64,000 nucleotides of DNA, taken from Alphaproteobacteria bacterium. GTDB taxonomy: Bacteria; Pseudomonadota; Alphaproteobacteria; JAAXGF01. Numbering within the stretch: position 1 is the stretch's first letter; each line of letters opens with the position of its first letter. This document shows, piece by piece, positions 29,952 to 41,600 of the stretch. Where the stretch lies: the NCBI GenBank assembly GCA_963555825.3, contig CAUVXB020000002.1, positions 1,312,001 through 1,376,000 of the forward strand, given 5' to 3'. The notes beneath the pieces were generated by a model. The model saw nothing but the letters and a program-made list of their open reading frames with translations. It was not told the origin of the DNA and did no database searches. The position numbers were made by a program, and so were the translations under genes.

Positions 29952-30728
29952 TCAATCGAACTCGACGAAACCGGCGATGGCGTCGCGGTCGAAGCCCTTG
30001 CTGGCGACCAGCAGCTGGCGCGTATAGCCGTGCGTCGGCGTGCCCGTGCGCAGCTGCCGATCGGTCATCTCCTCGACGAAATTGCCGCGGTTCATCACCG
30101 CGATGCGTTCGCACTGGTGGGCGACGACGGCGAGGTTGTGGCTGACCATGATATAGGTCAGGCCATGTTCCTTGCGGAGCTGGCCAAGCAAGTTGAGGAT
30201 CTCGGCCTGGACCGAGACGTCGAGCGCCGATGTCGGTTCGTCCAGGACGACGACACGCGGCTCGAGGATCAACGCGCGTGCGATGGCGATGCGCTGGCGC
30301 TGGCCGCCCGAGAGCTGGTGCGGATAGCGGAAGCGGAACTCGGGGCCCAGCCCGACCTCGTCGAGCGCCTTCAGGATGCGCGGCTCGAGGTCGTCGAAGC
30401 CGTGGATGGCGAGCGGCTCCTTGAGGATGTGGTCGACCGTGTGGCGCGGGTGCAGCGAGCCGTAGGGGTCCTGGAACACCATCTGCAGCAGTTTGCGGAA
30501 AGCGCGCGGCCGCTTGGGCCCAAGCGCGATGCCGTCGACTTCGATGCGGCCGGTCCAATGGGTGTGCAGCCCGGCGATGGCGCGCAAGACGGTCGACTTG
30601 CCCGAGCCCGATTCGCCGACCAGCCCGAAACTCTCGCCTTCCTTGACGTGAAACGAGACGCCGCGCACCGCCTGGACCGCGTTGCGGCCGGTGCCGAAGG
30701 TTATGGCGAGGTCCTCGACCCGGATCAT
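29952..30728 (-). CDS. Peptide ABC transporter ATP-binding protein (DppF-like)
   Basis: GESGSGKS, LSGGQRQR, LDEPTSALD. Confidence 0.92.
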   Translation of the reverse strand: MIRVEDLAITFGTGRNAVQAVRGVSFHVKEGESFGLVGESGSGKSTVLRAIAGLHTHWTGRIEVDGIALGPKRPRAFRKLLQMVFQDPYGSLHPRHTVDHILKEPLAIHGFDDLEPRILKALDEVGLGPEFRFRYPHQLSGGQRQRIAIARALILEPRVVVLDEPTSALDVSVQAEILNLLGQLRKEHGLTYIMVSHNLAVVAHQCERIAVMNRGNFVEEMTDRQLRTGTPTHGYTRQLLVASKGFDRDAIAGFVEFD

Positions 30729-31582
30729 GGCGCGCCGCCGCCGGGTTCCAGCCACGCCGGGTCGCGCTTGAGCACGGGCAGTTCGGCGTGCGAGCCGTCG
30801 AGCTGCGGCAGGCAGTTGAGCAGGCCACGGGTGTAGGGGTGGCTCGCCTGGTGCAGCGCGTCGGCCTCGATGGTTTCCATGATGCGCCCGCCGTACATGA
30901 CCAACACGCGGTCGCAGAACGAAGCGACCAGGTTGAGGTCGTGGCTGATCAAGATCAGCCCCATGCCGCGCTGGCGCACCATGTCGTCCAGCAGGGCGAG
31001 CACCTGGAGCTGCACCGTGACGTCGAGCGCCGAGGTCGGCTCGTCGGCGATCATCAGATCGGGGTCGGGGATCAGCATCATGGCGATCATGATGCGCTGG
31101 CCCATGCCACCCGAAACCTCGTGGGGAAAAAGGTTGTAGACCTTCTCGGGTTCGCGGATGCGGACCGTCTCCAGCATCGCGAGCGCGCGCTCTTTGGCCT
31201 CGTGCTTGCTGGCCTTGGAATGAACCATATAGGCCTCGGCGATCTGCCATCCGACGGTCATCACCGGGTTCAGCGAATATTGCGGATCCTGCATGATCAT
31301 CGAGATGCGGTTGCCGCGGATCGACCGCATGCGGCGCTCGCTGGCGTTCAACAGGTCGATGCCGTCGAAGTCCATGCGCTTGGCCGCTATGCGGCCGTTG
31401 CCGCTGATCAGCCGCAGGATGGCGCGCCCGGTCTGGGACTTGCCCGAGCCCGACTCGCCGACGATGCCGAGGCGCTCCTGGCCGAGTTCGAAATCGATGC
31501 CGCGCACCGCCTCGACGACGCCCTTCGGGGTGTCGAAGGAGACCCGCAAATCCTCGACGCTGAGCAGGGCATCGCCGGCCAT
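30725..31582 (-). CDS. Peptide ABC transporter ATP-binding protein (DppD-like)
   Basis: GESGSGKS, VSGGMGQR, ADEPTSALD, HPYT. Confidence 0.92.
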   Translation of the reverse strand: MAGDALLSVEDLRVSFDTPKGVVEAVRGIDFELGQERLGIVGESGSGKSQTGRAILRLISGNGRIAAKRMDFDGIDLLNASERRMRSIRGNRISMIMQDPQYSLNPVMTVGWQIAEAYMVHSKASKHEAKERALAMLETVRIREPEKVYNLFPHEVSGGMGQRIMIAMMLIPDPDLMIADEPTSALDVTVQLQVLALLDDMVRQRGMGLILISHDLNLVASFCDRVLVMYGGRIMETIEADALHQASHPYTRGLLNCLPQLDGSHAELPVLKRDPAWLEPGGGAP

Positions 31583-31584
31583 GG

Positions 31585-32520
31585 TCAGTGACCGCTCCGC
31601 GGATCGAGGACGTCGCGCAGGCCGTCGCCGAGCAGGTTGAAACCCATCGAGACCACCAGGATGGCGATGCCGGGGATGGTCGGCACCCACCATTGGTCGA
31701 TCAGGAACTGGCGGCCGGTCGAAATCATCGCGCCCCATTCGGGCAGCGGCGGTTGCGCGCCAAGGCCGAGGAAGCCGAGCCCGGCGGCGACTAAGATGAT
31801 GCCCGCCATGTCGAGCGTCAGGCGCACGATGATCGACGACGCGCAGAGCGGCATGACATGGGACAGCAGAATGCGCGTGGTCGACGCGCCCTGAACCTGG
31901 GCCGCCATGATGAATTCCGAGTTGCGGATCGTCAGGGTCTCGGCACGGGCGATGCGGGCGAACGGCGACCAGGTGGTTATGGCGATGGCGAATACCGCGT
32001 TTTCAAGCCCCGGCCCGAGAGCCGCGACGAAGGCCAGCGCCAGGATCAGGCGCGGAAAGGCCAGGAAGATATCGGTGACGCGCATCAGCACGTTGTCGAC
32101 CCAGCCGCCGACATAGCCGGCGATGATGCCGATGATCAGCCCGAGCGGTGCCACGATGATGCCGACCAGCCCGACGATGTAGAGCGTGATCCGCGAGCCC
32201 CAGACGATGCGCTCGTAAACGTTGCGCCCGAGTTCGTCGGTGCCGAACCAATGCTCTGCGCTGGGCGGCTGCAAGCGGTCGGCGAGATGTTGCTCGATGC
32301 CGTCGCCGGCGGTCAGCAGCGGCGCGAAGGCCGCGCCGAGCACCAAGGTCCCGATGATGAGCAAGCCCGCCATGGCGATCGGGTTGGCACTGAAGACGAG
32401 CCAGTTCAGGTACATGCGTTGACAGCGGGCATGCGCCATCGAGCCCGGGGAATTCGACAGCAGCCAGGCCTTCAATCCCTGTTTCTCCGCCGCCGGGACG
32501 GTCGTGGTGTTGTCGGTCAT
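31585..32520 (-). CDS. Peptide ABC transporter permease (DppC-like)
   Basis: FGTDELGR, LGFLGLGAQPPLPEWG, LLGDGLRD.LDPR. Confidence 0.92.
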   Translation of the reverse strand: MTDNTTTVPAAEKQGLKAWLLSNSPGSMAHARCQRMYLNWLVFSANPIAMAGLLIIGTLVLGAAFAPLLTAGDGIEQHLADRLQPPSAEHWFGTDELGRNVYERIVWGSRITLYIVGLVGIIVAPLGLIIGIIAGYVGGWVDNVLMRVTDIFLAFPRLILALAFVAALGPGLENAVFAIAITTWSPFARIARAETLTIRNSEFIMAAQVQGASTTRILLSHVMPLCASSIIVRLTLDMAGIILVAAGLGFLGLGAQPPLPEWGAMISTGRQFLIDQWWVPTIPGIAILVVSMGFNLLGDGLRDVLDPRSGH

Positions 32521-33614
32521 CGCCGCGCCCTCGGGTCGACCAGGCGATAGAGGACATCGGAGAGCATGTTGATGCCGACGAAACCGATGCCGACCACCAC
32601 CGTGCCGCCGATTACCGCGTTCATGTCGGCGTTGAACAGCGATTTGGTGATGTACTGGCCGATGCCCGGCCAGGCGAAGATGGTTTCGGTCAGCACCGAG
32701 CCTTCGAGCAGCGAGGCGTACGTCAACCCGATGATGGTGATCAGCTGGATCAGCACGTTGCGGAATGCGTGGCGCCAGATCACCGCGGTTTCCGACAACC
32801 CCTTGACGCGGGCGGTGATGACGTATTCCTGATTGAGCTGGTCGAGCATGAAGCTGCGCGTCATGCGCGCGATATAGGCCAGCGCGAAGGTCGCCAGCAT
32901 GGCCGACGGCAGGATCAGGTGGGAGACCGCGTTACGGAAGATCTCCCACTCTCCTTGCATGGCGGAATCGATCAGGATGAACCCGGTGACCGGGTCGACG
33001 ATGCCGTCGTAGTAGACCTCGATGCGGCCCGGTCCAGGCAGCCAGCCGAGCTTCGCATAGAAGATCAGCAGCGCGACCAGGCCGAGCCAGAAAATTGGCA
33101 CCGAGTAGCCGAACAAGCCGATGATGCGGACGATGTGGTCGGTCATGCGGCCCTGCCGGACGGCGGCGGCGACGCCCATGGGCACGCCGACCAAGATGCC
33201 GACCAGGGTGGCGACGGAGGCCAACTCCAGCGTTGCCGGAAAATAGGTGATGAGATCGTCGAGCACCGGCCGCGTGGTCATGATCGACTTGCCGAAATCG
33301 CCCTGAACGACGTTGGTCAAATAGATCCAGTACTGCTGAAGCAGCGGCTTATCGAGGCCGAGCTGGAGGTACATCGCCTCGTAGACATCCTTCGACGCGC
33401 GATCGCCGACGATCGCCAACACCGGATCGGCGGGCATCACCCGGCCGATGATGAAGGTGATGGCGGTCAGGCCGACGAAGGTGATGACGATCGTGAACAG
33501 GACGTTGGCGGGCTTGGCGACCGCCTTCGTGAAAGACGCGAATCTGGCGGCCAAAGGATGCCGGGGCGGGCTTTCGCCCGCCCCCGTCACCTTTGTCGAA
33601 TTACCCTCGACCAT
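32517..33614 (-). CDS. Peptide ABC transporter permease (DppB-like)
   Basis: LGLDKPL, EYVITARVKGL, TETIFAWPGIG, VDPR. Confidence 0.92.
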   Translation of the reverse strand: MVEGNSTKVTGAGESPPRHPLAARFASFTKAVAKPANVLFTIVITFVGLTAITFIIGRVMPADPVLAIVGDRASKDVYEAMYLQLGLDKPLLQQYWIYLTNVVQGDFGKSIMTTRPVLDDLITYFPATLELASVATLVGILVGVPMGVAAAVRQGRMTDHIVRIIGLFGYSVPIFWLGLVALLIFYAKLGWLPGPGRIEVYYDGIVDPVTGFILIDSAMQGEWEIFRNAVSHLILPSAMLATFALAYIARMTRSFMLDQLNQEYVITARVKGLSETAVIWRHAFRNVLIQLITIIGLTYASLLEGSVLTETIFAWPGIGQYITKSLFNADMNAVIGGTVVVGIGFVGINMLSDVLYRLVDPRARR

Positions 33615-33641
33615 CGTCGTGCGGTACCGAGGGTCGCAGCG

Positions 33642-35249
33642 TTACTTCGTGATCGTCCGGTAGAAGACGAGGTCGAAGTTGGCGCCGCTGACATAGCCCT
33701 TCACATTGCTGCGCAGCGCGGTCTGTTCGCTCTTTTGGAACATGATCGTGAACGGCCCGATCTCCTGCATGCGCTTTTGGAGCTTGAGGTAGATCTGCTC
33801 ACGCTTGACCAGATCGATTTCCGCCGCGCCGGCTTCCGTCAACCCGTTGATTTCGGGATTGAAGAACGAGGTCCGCCACGCCACCTTGCCGGTCAGGCTG
33901 GCTTCCAGCCGGTTGTCCGGGTTGTGGGCGAAGGCATCGGCGTTGGAATGCGGATCGACGTAGTCGGGCGACCACTGAGCGACGATGAGCTCATGCTTGC
34001 GCGCCCGATACATCGGCCACAAGGTTTTGCCCTCGGCCAGGGTGATCTCGGACTCGACACCGATCTTCGACAGGCTCTGCTGAACCGACTGGGCGATCTC
34101 GGGGTAGGGCGACTTGGTCAGGGTATCGATCCTGATCTTGAAGCCGCCACCGGGATAGCCGGCCTCGGCGAGCAGCGCCCTGGCCTTGTCGAGGTCGAGC
34201 GAGAACGGCGTCTCGTCATAGGACGCCCACAGGCCCGACGGCCAGAATGCCTGATGGGTCTTGAACTGGCCGGCGAGGAACGAATTGACCATGCCCTCGT
34301 AGTCGACGATTTAGCGGATCGCCTCGTTCACCTTGGGATTGCCGAGGATCGGATGGGCCTGATTGGCCGCCATGTAGACCAGCGCCGCCTTGGGGTCGTT
34401 GGCGATGACCACGTCCATGTTGCCTTCCAGGCCCTTGATCAGATCGGGCGTCAGGTCACGGGCCATGTCCACGTCGCCCTTCTCGATCAGTAGGCGCTGG
34501 GCGGCCGCCTCGGGAACGTGACGCAGGATGATCCGCTTCATGGCCGGCGCGCCGTGGCGATAGTTCGGGTTGGCCTCGAGAATGACGATCTCGTTCGCCT
34601 TGTAGGTCTTGAGCGAGTACGGACCGGACCCGGCGCTATGGTTCTTCAGCCATTCGTAGCCGAGGTCGCCGTCAACCTCGTGGCTCATCACCAACTTCAT
34701 GTCGATGACCGCACCGACGCCGGCGGACAGGGCGTTCAAAGCCAAGGCCGGTGACAGATCGGAGTTCAGCTTGACGACGACCGTCTCGTCGTCGGGCGCC
34801 GTGACCAAGCTGTCGACGTTGTCGGCGTCCCAGCCGAACTGGGTGAAGATGAAGGCCGGCGTCTTGTTGAGCTTGATGACCCGGCGGCGCGAAAACGCCA
34901 TATCGGCCGCGGTCATCTTGTTGCCCGAATGGAAAACCTGATTGGGCCGGAGCTTCAGGGTGATGGTCTTGCCGTCGTCGCTGATGGTGTAGCTTTCGGC
35001 GGCGCCGCCGACCAGGGTGGTAAGGTCTTCGGCCTCGAACATCATGACCCGGTCATAGATGTTGGCGATGACCTCGCCGCCGGTGAATTCGAACACCTCG
35101 GCGGGATCGAGGACGATGATGTCGTCGATGATCTTGGCCATTATCAGCGTATCGTCCGGCGTGCCGGCCTGGGCCGATCCGACCGCCGATCCCGCCTGGG
35201 CCGCGACGAACGCGAAGCCGGCGAGCAGGGCGAGTTGTTTCAAGTGCAT
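33642..35249 (-). pseudogene. Peptide ABC substrate-binding protein (family 5) with an in-frame TAA at 34311-34313
   Basis: Both halves are in the same frame (AIR*IVDYEGMV); signal peptide MHLKQL...; GSGPY motif. Confidence 0.85.
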
Positions 35250-35414
35250 TGATGCATCCTCCAAAATCTCGAATACGATATGTCGTTGACGTGTTGATTG
35301 TCGAGACGACCGCCTGCGTGGCAAATCAAGCCAGCGGCCACTCGACCGTACCCTATTCGAATTCGGCACGCTCAGGAAGCCACTGATGCGGTCGGCAAAA
35401 AATAACCCGCCGCG

Positions 35415-35852
35415 TCATGCCTCGAGCGGGACGTCGGGCACCCAGAGGTAGCCGTCCGCGTCGACGATGTAGACCTCGCGCAGGCCGTGCGGCTTGTCGG
35501 CGGCGCCGTCGAGCACGGTGTAGCCGAGGTCGCGCGCGACCGCTTCGGCGGCGTCCGGATCGCGGCCGTGCAGCCTGATCTCGGCGCCGATGCCGCGCGC
35601 GATGTCGGGGCGCAGGCTGCCGTGCAGCGGGTGCTCGCGATAGGTATGGTCGGCGTGCAGCATCCATTCGGCGTCGCCGCGCCGGACGACCGCGAAATCG
35701 GGATCGTCGTAGACCACCTCGGCGTCGAGCACCTCGCGGTGGAAGGCGAGCGCCGCGGCGACGTCGCGCACCAAGAGGTTGATCGTCAGGCCCTTGAGCG
35801 AGCGCCCGTAGTCGGGCGCCGGCATCCACGGCTCTTTTGTGCTGAGCTTCAT
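35415..35852 (-). CDS. VOC / glyoxalase family protein
   Basis: NLLVRDV..A..F and KPHGLRE..IVDADGY.W. Confidence 0.8.
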   Translation of the reverse strand: MKLSTKEPWMPAPDYGRSLKGLTINLLVRDVAAALAFHREVLDAEVVYDDPDFAVVRRGDAEWMLHADHTYREHPLHGSLRPDIARGIGAEIRLHGRDPDAAEAVARDLGYTVLDGAADKPHGLREVYIVDADGYLWVPDVPLEA

Positions 35853-35877
35853 CGCGTGGCTCGGCTCGATCGGGCGC

Positions 35878-36378
35878 CTAGTTCTTCGGCTGCCAGTCGT
35901 CGGCGAACGCTTCCGCAGCGGCGATCTGATCCTTGGTAACCAGCTTCTCGATCAGGTCGTAGACGTCCATCGCCCGATTGGCGACCGTGATGTCCTCACC
36001 CGTGACGACCAGGTAGAGCCACTTGTACGCCTCGCCGTAATCCTGCTTCACGCCGATGCCGTCGACGTACATCGAACCGAGCGCGACCTGAGCGACCGCG
36101 TCGCCGCGATCGGCGGCCTGCTTGTACCACTTGATCGCCTCGGCGTCATTCTTCACGCCGCTCTCGGGGTCGGAGTATATGCGGCCGAGCATCTGCTGCG
36201 CGCGCGCGTCGCCCTTGCCCGCCAGCGCCTTGAAGCCCTTCACCGCCTCGGCGACCTTGCCGTTCGAATAGGCCTCGAAAACCTTGTCGAAGCCTTGGGC
36301 AAGGGCGCCGGTCGCGATGCCCGCGACCAAGGCGCCGATCAGCGCCACCCGGCGTGCCAACTGCATCATGACAGTCAC
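35878..36378 (-). CDS. Exported Sel1-like repeat protein
   Basis: Signal peptide; AQ..LG..Y..G.GV.QDY.EA.KW repeats. Confidence 0.88.
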   Translation of the reverse strand: MTVMMQLARRVALIGALVAGIATGALAQGFDKVFEAYSNGKVAEAVKGFKALAGKGDARAQQMLGRIYSDPESGVKNDAEAIKWYKQAADRGDAVAQVALGSMYVDGIGVKQDYGEAYKWLYLVVTGEDITVANRAMDVYDLIEKLVTKDQIAAAEAFADDWQPKN

Positions 36379-36387
36379 CTCCTGAAC

Positions 36388-36681
36388 CTATTCTAGCCCG
36401 GACTTCTCGCTGTGCACAGGCGCGTCATCGGGCGCCTGGCGCACCGGCTTGGCGTCATCGGGCCCACGGCGGCGACGCAGCCACCACGACTGAACGCGGC
36501 GGCGCTGGCGGCGCAGCCACGGGACGTCGTCCGAGATCAGCACGACGCCGAGCGGCAGCATCCAGAAACCGAGGATCGGCAGGAAGCCGAAAATGCCGTC
36601 GATGATCAACAGGGCGCCGGCGGCGCGCCTGATCCAGGCGTTCGGATGGCGCTTCAGTCGGCTGAAGAATTCACTCGGCAT
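36388..36681 (-). CDS. Small membrane protein (PGPGW-like)
   Basis: GIFGFLPILGFWMLPLG..L.S.D.PW. Confidence 0.65.
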   Translation of the reverse strand: MPSEFFSRLKRHPNAWIRRAAGALLIIDGIFGFLPILGFWMLPLGVVLISDDVPWLRRQRRRVQSWWLRRRRGPDDAKPVRQAPDDAPVHSEKSGLE

Positions 36682-36758
36682 TGCCGCTACACTTTAGCCG
36701 CCGTCGGACGGAGATCAAACCGCGCCGCGGCCTTGCCAGCGGCCGACGACGGTCCCAT

Positions 36759-37880
36759 CTAGTGTCCCGATTCCGAAGTTCGCATGATTTTCGCCTGCTG
36801 TTCAGCGATTTCGATTGTTCGGAGGCAGAAGCGCTGGATGGCGCCGAGGATGTCATCGGCGGATTTGGTCCATTTGAAGGGTTTGGGGTTCTGGTTTGTC
36901 GTGTCGATGTAGTCGAGGATGGTGCGCTCCAACTCCTTGGTGGAGCGATGGACGCCGCGCCTGATCTGCTTGTCGGTCAGCAGCCCGAACCAGCGCTCGA
37001 CCTGGTTCAGCCAGGAGGCGCTGGTGGGTGTGAAATGGGCCTGCCAGCGCGGCCGTTTGGCGAACCAGTCGCGGATCGCCTTGGTCTTGTGGGTCCCGTA
37101 GTTGTCCATGACGATGTGGATGTCGAGATCAGCAGGGACGTTCGCCTCGACGAGGTCGAGGAATTTGCGGAACTCTCGGGCCCGATGGCGCGGGAAACAT
37201 TTGCCGATGATCTCTCCCGTGGCGATGTCGAGGGCCGCGAAGAGAGAGGTCGTGCCGTGGCGCTTGTAGTCGTGGCTGCGCCGCTCCGCCTGCCCGGGGC
37301 GCATCGGCAAGAGGGGCTGGGAACGGTCCAGGGCCTGGATCTGGCTCTTTTCGTCGACACAGAGAACCAGGGCACGATCCGGCGGCGCCAAATACAGACC
37401 GACGATGTCGCGGACCTTCTCCACGAAGAAGGGATCGCTCGACAGCTTGAAGGTCTCCGAGCGATGCGGCTGCAAGCCGAAGGCCCGCCAGATGCGATGA
37501 ATGGTCGAGGGCGCGTGGCCGCTCGCCCGCGCCATCGAGCGAAGGCTCCAATGGGTCGCGTCCGGCGGCGTCTCTTCCAGCGTCAGCCGGACCGCTTCCG
37601 CGATGGCGTCATCGCCGATTTGACGCGGCGCGCCGGGGCGGGGTTCGTCGTACAGACCGTCGAGGCCCTCCGCCGCATAGCGGCGACGCCACTTGCCCAC
37701 GGTGTCCGCGCTCGCCTCGAGACGAACGGCGATCTCCTTGTTCTCCAACCCTTCCGCCGCCGCCAAGACGATCCGAGCCCGCCGCGCAAGCCCCTGCGAC
37801 GTCTTGCGACGACGAGACAGCGCCTCCAATTCGGCGCGCTCGTCATCGCTCAAAGAGATCGTCACCGCCACTCTCGCCAT
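36759..37880 (-). CDS. IS630 transposase
   Basis: [28 protein letters not shown]. Confidence 0.93.
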   Translation of the reverse strand: MARVAVTISLSDDERAELEALSRRRKTSQGLARRARIVLAAAEGLENKEIAVRLEASADTVGKWRRRYAAEGLDGLYDEPRPGAPRQIGDDAIAEAVRLTLEETPPDATHWSLRSMARASGHAPSTIHRIWRAFGLQPHRSETFKLSSDPFFVEKVRDIVGLYLAPPDRALVLCVDEKSQIQALDRSQPLLPMRPGQAERRSHDYKRHGTTSLFAALDIATGEIIGKCFPRHRAREFRKFLDLVEANVPADLDIHIVMDNYGTHKTKAIRDWFAKRPRWQAHFTPTSASWLNQVERWFGLLTDKQIRRGVHRSTKELERTILDYIDTTNQNPKPFKWTKSADDILGAIQRFCLRTIEIAEQQAKIMRTSESGH

Positions 37881-37940
37881 CAATCGCGCCTCCTAAAAAC
37901 AAATAGAGACATAATCATATCAATTTATCGATCAGGACAC
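36762..37940 (-). mobile_element. IS630-family element inserted in CTAG (TA duplication)
   Basis: Ends CTAGTGTCCCGAT / ATCAGGACACTAG. Confidence 0.9.
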
Positions 37941-38000
37941 TAGTTTTTCGGGCGGGTTGGTCCAAGGTCACCGAAGGCCACCGACCGGGAGAGGACATCG

Positions 38001-38276
38001 ATGAGCCGGATCGAGATCTATACGTCGCCGTGGTGCGGCTACTGTTACCACGCCAAGGCGATGCTCGCCGACAAGGGCCTCGACTTCGACGAAATCGACG
38101 TCACGGGTCCGCCCGAACACCGGCGCGCGATGGTCGAGCGCTCGGGGCGCTCCAGCGTGCCGCAGATCTTCATCGACGGCGTGCCGATCGGCGGCTCGGA
38201 GGAACTCGCCCAGCTCCATGTCAGCGGCGCTCTCGACCGGCTACGCGACGGTGACGAAGCAAAGGCGGCCGGCTGA
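38001..38276 (+). CDS. grxC: Glutaredoxin 3
   Basis: CGYC, SVPQIFIDG..IGG. Confidence 0.9.
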   Translation: MSRIEIYTSPWCGYCYHAKAMLADKGLDFDEIDVTGPPEHRRAMVERSGRSSVPQIFIDGVPIGGSEELAQLHVSGALDRLRDGDEAKAAG

Positions 38277-38617
38277 CGCCGGCGAAATCGGCCGCGCCGC
38301 GTGATGGGCGTCACATCCGGCGTCAATTTTCCGTGATCCACGCTTGTAACGCCCGCCGGCGTAATCATATCGACACATTCCGGCGGTACGTTAAGGATCG
38401 CCCAGGTCTCAAGAGGACGAAGAGATGCGTAACGAGACATTCCATGCGACAGGCGATCGCGCGACGGCATTGCGTCGACACGCCGGCTGCGGCGAGGCCC
38501 GCGAGGGTAATCACGGCGAGCTCTGCGCGGCGGTCGACGAGTTGATCGCCTTCGCGCCACGCCACTTCGCCGACGCGGCGATCAAGTACATCGTCTAGGT
38601 CCTATTCCGCCGGGCGG

Positions 38618-41600
38618 CTATTCGGCCGCCGGGCGCACCTCGATGCGGCGCAGGCAGCGGTCGATCCACTGCGCCGTCAGCTTCTCCTGCACGGCGTTCT
38701 GCCCGAGCCGCGCGCCGAGCGCCTCGAAATCGACCAGGTCGAGCGGTTGATCCTGGTTGAAGCACGAGAAGACGACGCTCTCTTCGCCGGTTTCCGCATC
38801 GACATGCGGCTGCAGGCACTGGGCGCAGATTTCCTTCATCATGCACTGCATCGGCGAGTTGATCGAACCGATCGCGACGTGATCGGGTTTGAGATAGGGC
38901 TCGAGCACATCGTGGCGCGCCCGCGTCACCGCGGCCATCATACGGTCCGAGCCGATGGTGACGATGCGATCCGCCTCTGACATGTCGATCGGCGTCGCGC
39001 CCAGCTCGCCCCGCGCGTAGGCGACCATCGCCTCGACGATGGTGCCGACGATGCTCGTGTCGCCGTCGCGCGACGGCGCGAAGCCGGGCGCCTCGTCGCA
39101 GGCCCAGACGATGGTGTCGGCGGCCGCCTCGATCTCGGCCACCTTGTAGCGGTCCTCGACCTTCTTGTAGCCGGCGAAGTAGAGCACCCGCGAGCCCGCC
39201 TCGCGGAAGGCGCGGCCGATCGAAAACAGCACCGCGTTGCCGAGCCCGCCGCCGACCAGCACGACGGTCTCGCCGGCCGGCGTCTCGGTCGGCGATCCGG
39301 TCGGCCCCATGACGATCACCGGCTCGCCCGGCGCGAGCAGCGCGCAGAGGTCCGACGAGCCGCCCATCTCGAGCACGATCAGGCTCAACAGGCCGCGGTC
39401 CTTGTCGACCCAGGCGCCGGTCATCGCCAGCCCCTCCATCGCCAGCGTCGTGCCGTCGACCCGCGTGGCGAGCGTTTCATAATTTTGCAGCCGGTAGAAC
39501 TGGCCCGGCGTGAAGGCGCGCGCCGCGGCCGGCGCGTGGACGACGACGTCGACGATAGTCGGCGTCAGGCGCACCACCTCGTGTACCGTCGCACGGTAGT
39601 CGCGGTTGAGCCGGGCGAAGAACGCCTCGGCCGGCGCGTCGTCGGCCGGCGCGATGCGCGCCAGCATGCGCGAGACGACCGGATAGCCCTGCTTGGCGCT
39701 CGCCATCGCCTTGACCACGTTGCCGGCGAAGGACGGATGCACGTCGCCGAAGAAGCTTACGGCCCGGCCGTCCTCGGTCACCGAGGTCAGCACGCGCACC
39801 GCGTCGGGCTTGGCGATGCGCTCGGGCGTGACCGGCCGGCCGTCCTCGTCGACCGCCTCGAAATAGCGGCCGTCGAGTTGGATATGGCCGGGGTCCTCGC
39901 GGCCCAGCACGGTGTTCGGCTGGGTGCCGGCAGCCGCCAGGATGCTGCGCGCGGGCAGCGTCTCGATGGTGTCGCCGGTGATCCAGCCCGAGCCGTCGCG
40001 GACGTGCTGCATGCGGTTGAGCCGGAGCGCCATTGCGTGGCCGTAACCGTCGACAACGACCGACAGCGGCGACAGGCACTCGACGAAGCGCACGCCCTCC
40101 TCGAGCGCCTTGGCGACCTCCTCGTGGTTGAGCGTGTAGCTCGGCGAATCGATCAGCCGCTTGCGGTAGACGATGGTCGAGCCGCCCCAGTCGCCGAGCA
40201 GTTCGCGGATGCGCGGCGCGCGGCCTTGCGCTTGGGCCGCCGCGCGTTCGCCGCGCAGCGCGCGCGCGTGATCGATGAACTCGTCGGCGATCTCGCGTTC
40301 CTCGTCGCTCCACGACGCGCGCACCGCGTCATCGCCGCGCTCGGCCGCGAGCGTCTCGTAGCGCGCCAGGAACTTCTCGACCTGCACCGGATAGTAGGCG
40401 AGCGATTCGGTCGCCGTGTCGATCGCCGTCAGGCCGCCGCCGATCACGACGACGGGCAGCCGGATCTGCAAATTGGCCACCGAATCGGTCTTGGCCGCGC
40501 CGGTCAGCTGCAGCGCCATCAGAAAATCGGACGCCGCGCGCACGCCGCGCGCCAGGCCGTTCGGGATCGGCAGCACGGTCGGCTTGCCGGCGCCGACGGC
40601 AAGCGCGACGTGGTCGAAGCCCATGGCGAGCGCGTCGTCGATCGTGATCGTGCCGCCGAACCGCACGCCGCCGAACATGGCGAATTCGGCGCGCCGTTCG
40701 ATCAGCAGGCGGACCAGCTTGAGGAAATTCTTGTCCCAGCGCACCGTAATGCCGAATTCGGCGACGCCGCCGAAACCCGCCATGACGCGGTCGTCGAGCG
40801 ATTCGTAGAGTTCCGTGACGTCGCGCACGGGCCGGAAGTCGACCCGGTTGCCGGCGGCGTCGACGCCCGAGAGATCGGCCGGCAGCGGTTCGATCTTGAA
40901 GCCGTCGACCGCGGCGACGATATGGCCGTCGTTGATCAGGTGATGCGCCAGCGTGAAGCCGGCCGGCCCGAGCCCGGCGACCAGCACCTTGCGCCCTGTC
41001 GCCGGTAAGGGCAGCGGGCGGGCGATGTCGAGCGGGTTCCAGCGCGTCAGCAGGCTGTAGATCTCGAAGCCCCAGCGCAGACCCAGCACGTCCTTCAGCG
41101 TGCGCGTCTCGGCCTGCGGGATGTCGACCGGGTCCTGCTTCTGGTAGATGCACGACTTCATACAGTCGTTGCAGATGCGATGGCCGGTCGCCGCCACCAT
41201 CGGGTTGTCGACCGTGACGATGGCGAGCGCGCCGATCACGTGGCCCGCCGACTTGGCCAGGTTCATCTCGGAGATCTTCTCCTCGAGCGGACAGCCGGCG
41301 AGCGTGACGCCGAACGGGCTCGAGCGGAAAATCCCGTCGCGGTCCTTGAGCCCGGTCGAGCACGAATCCTTGCCCTGGTTGTGGCAGAAGATGCAGTAGT
41401 TGGCGTGGTCGAGAGCGCCGATCAGGTCGGTACCCGCATCGGTCAGCGCGAAGCCCTCGCGGCGGCGCAGCTTGGCCTCGGGCAGGCGCAGCATCTCGGC
41501 GCCGTGGAACTCGACCGTCTCGGTCTCGATCAGATGCTCGGGGTCGAGCTTGCCGGGTGTATTGAACAGCACGCCGTCGGCGAAACGCGCCCGGCCCGCG

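Noticed and set aside
34311-34313. Stop-codon recoding at the in-frame TAA (and the TAG at 58547)
   Set aside because: TAA and TAG terminate many normal genes here, and each is one substitution from the expected Tyr or Ser codon.
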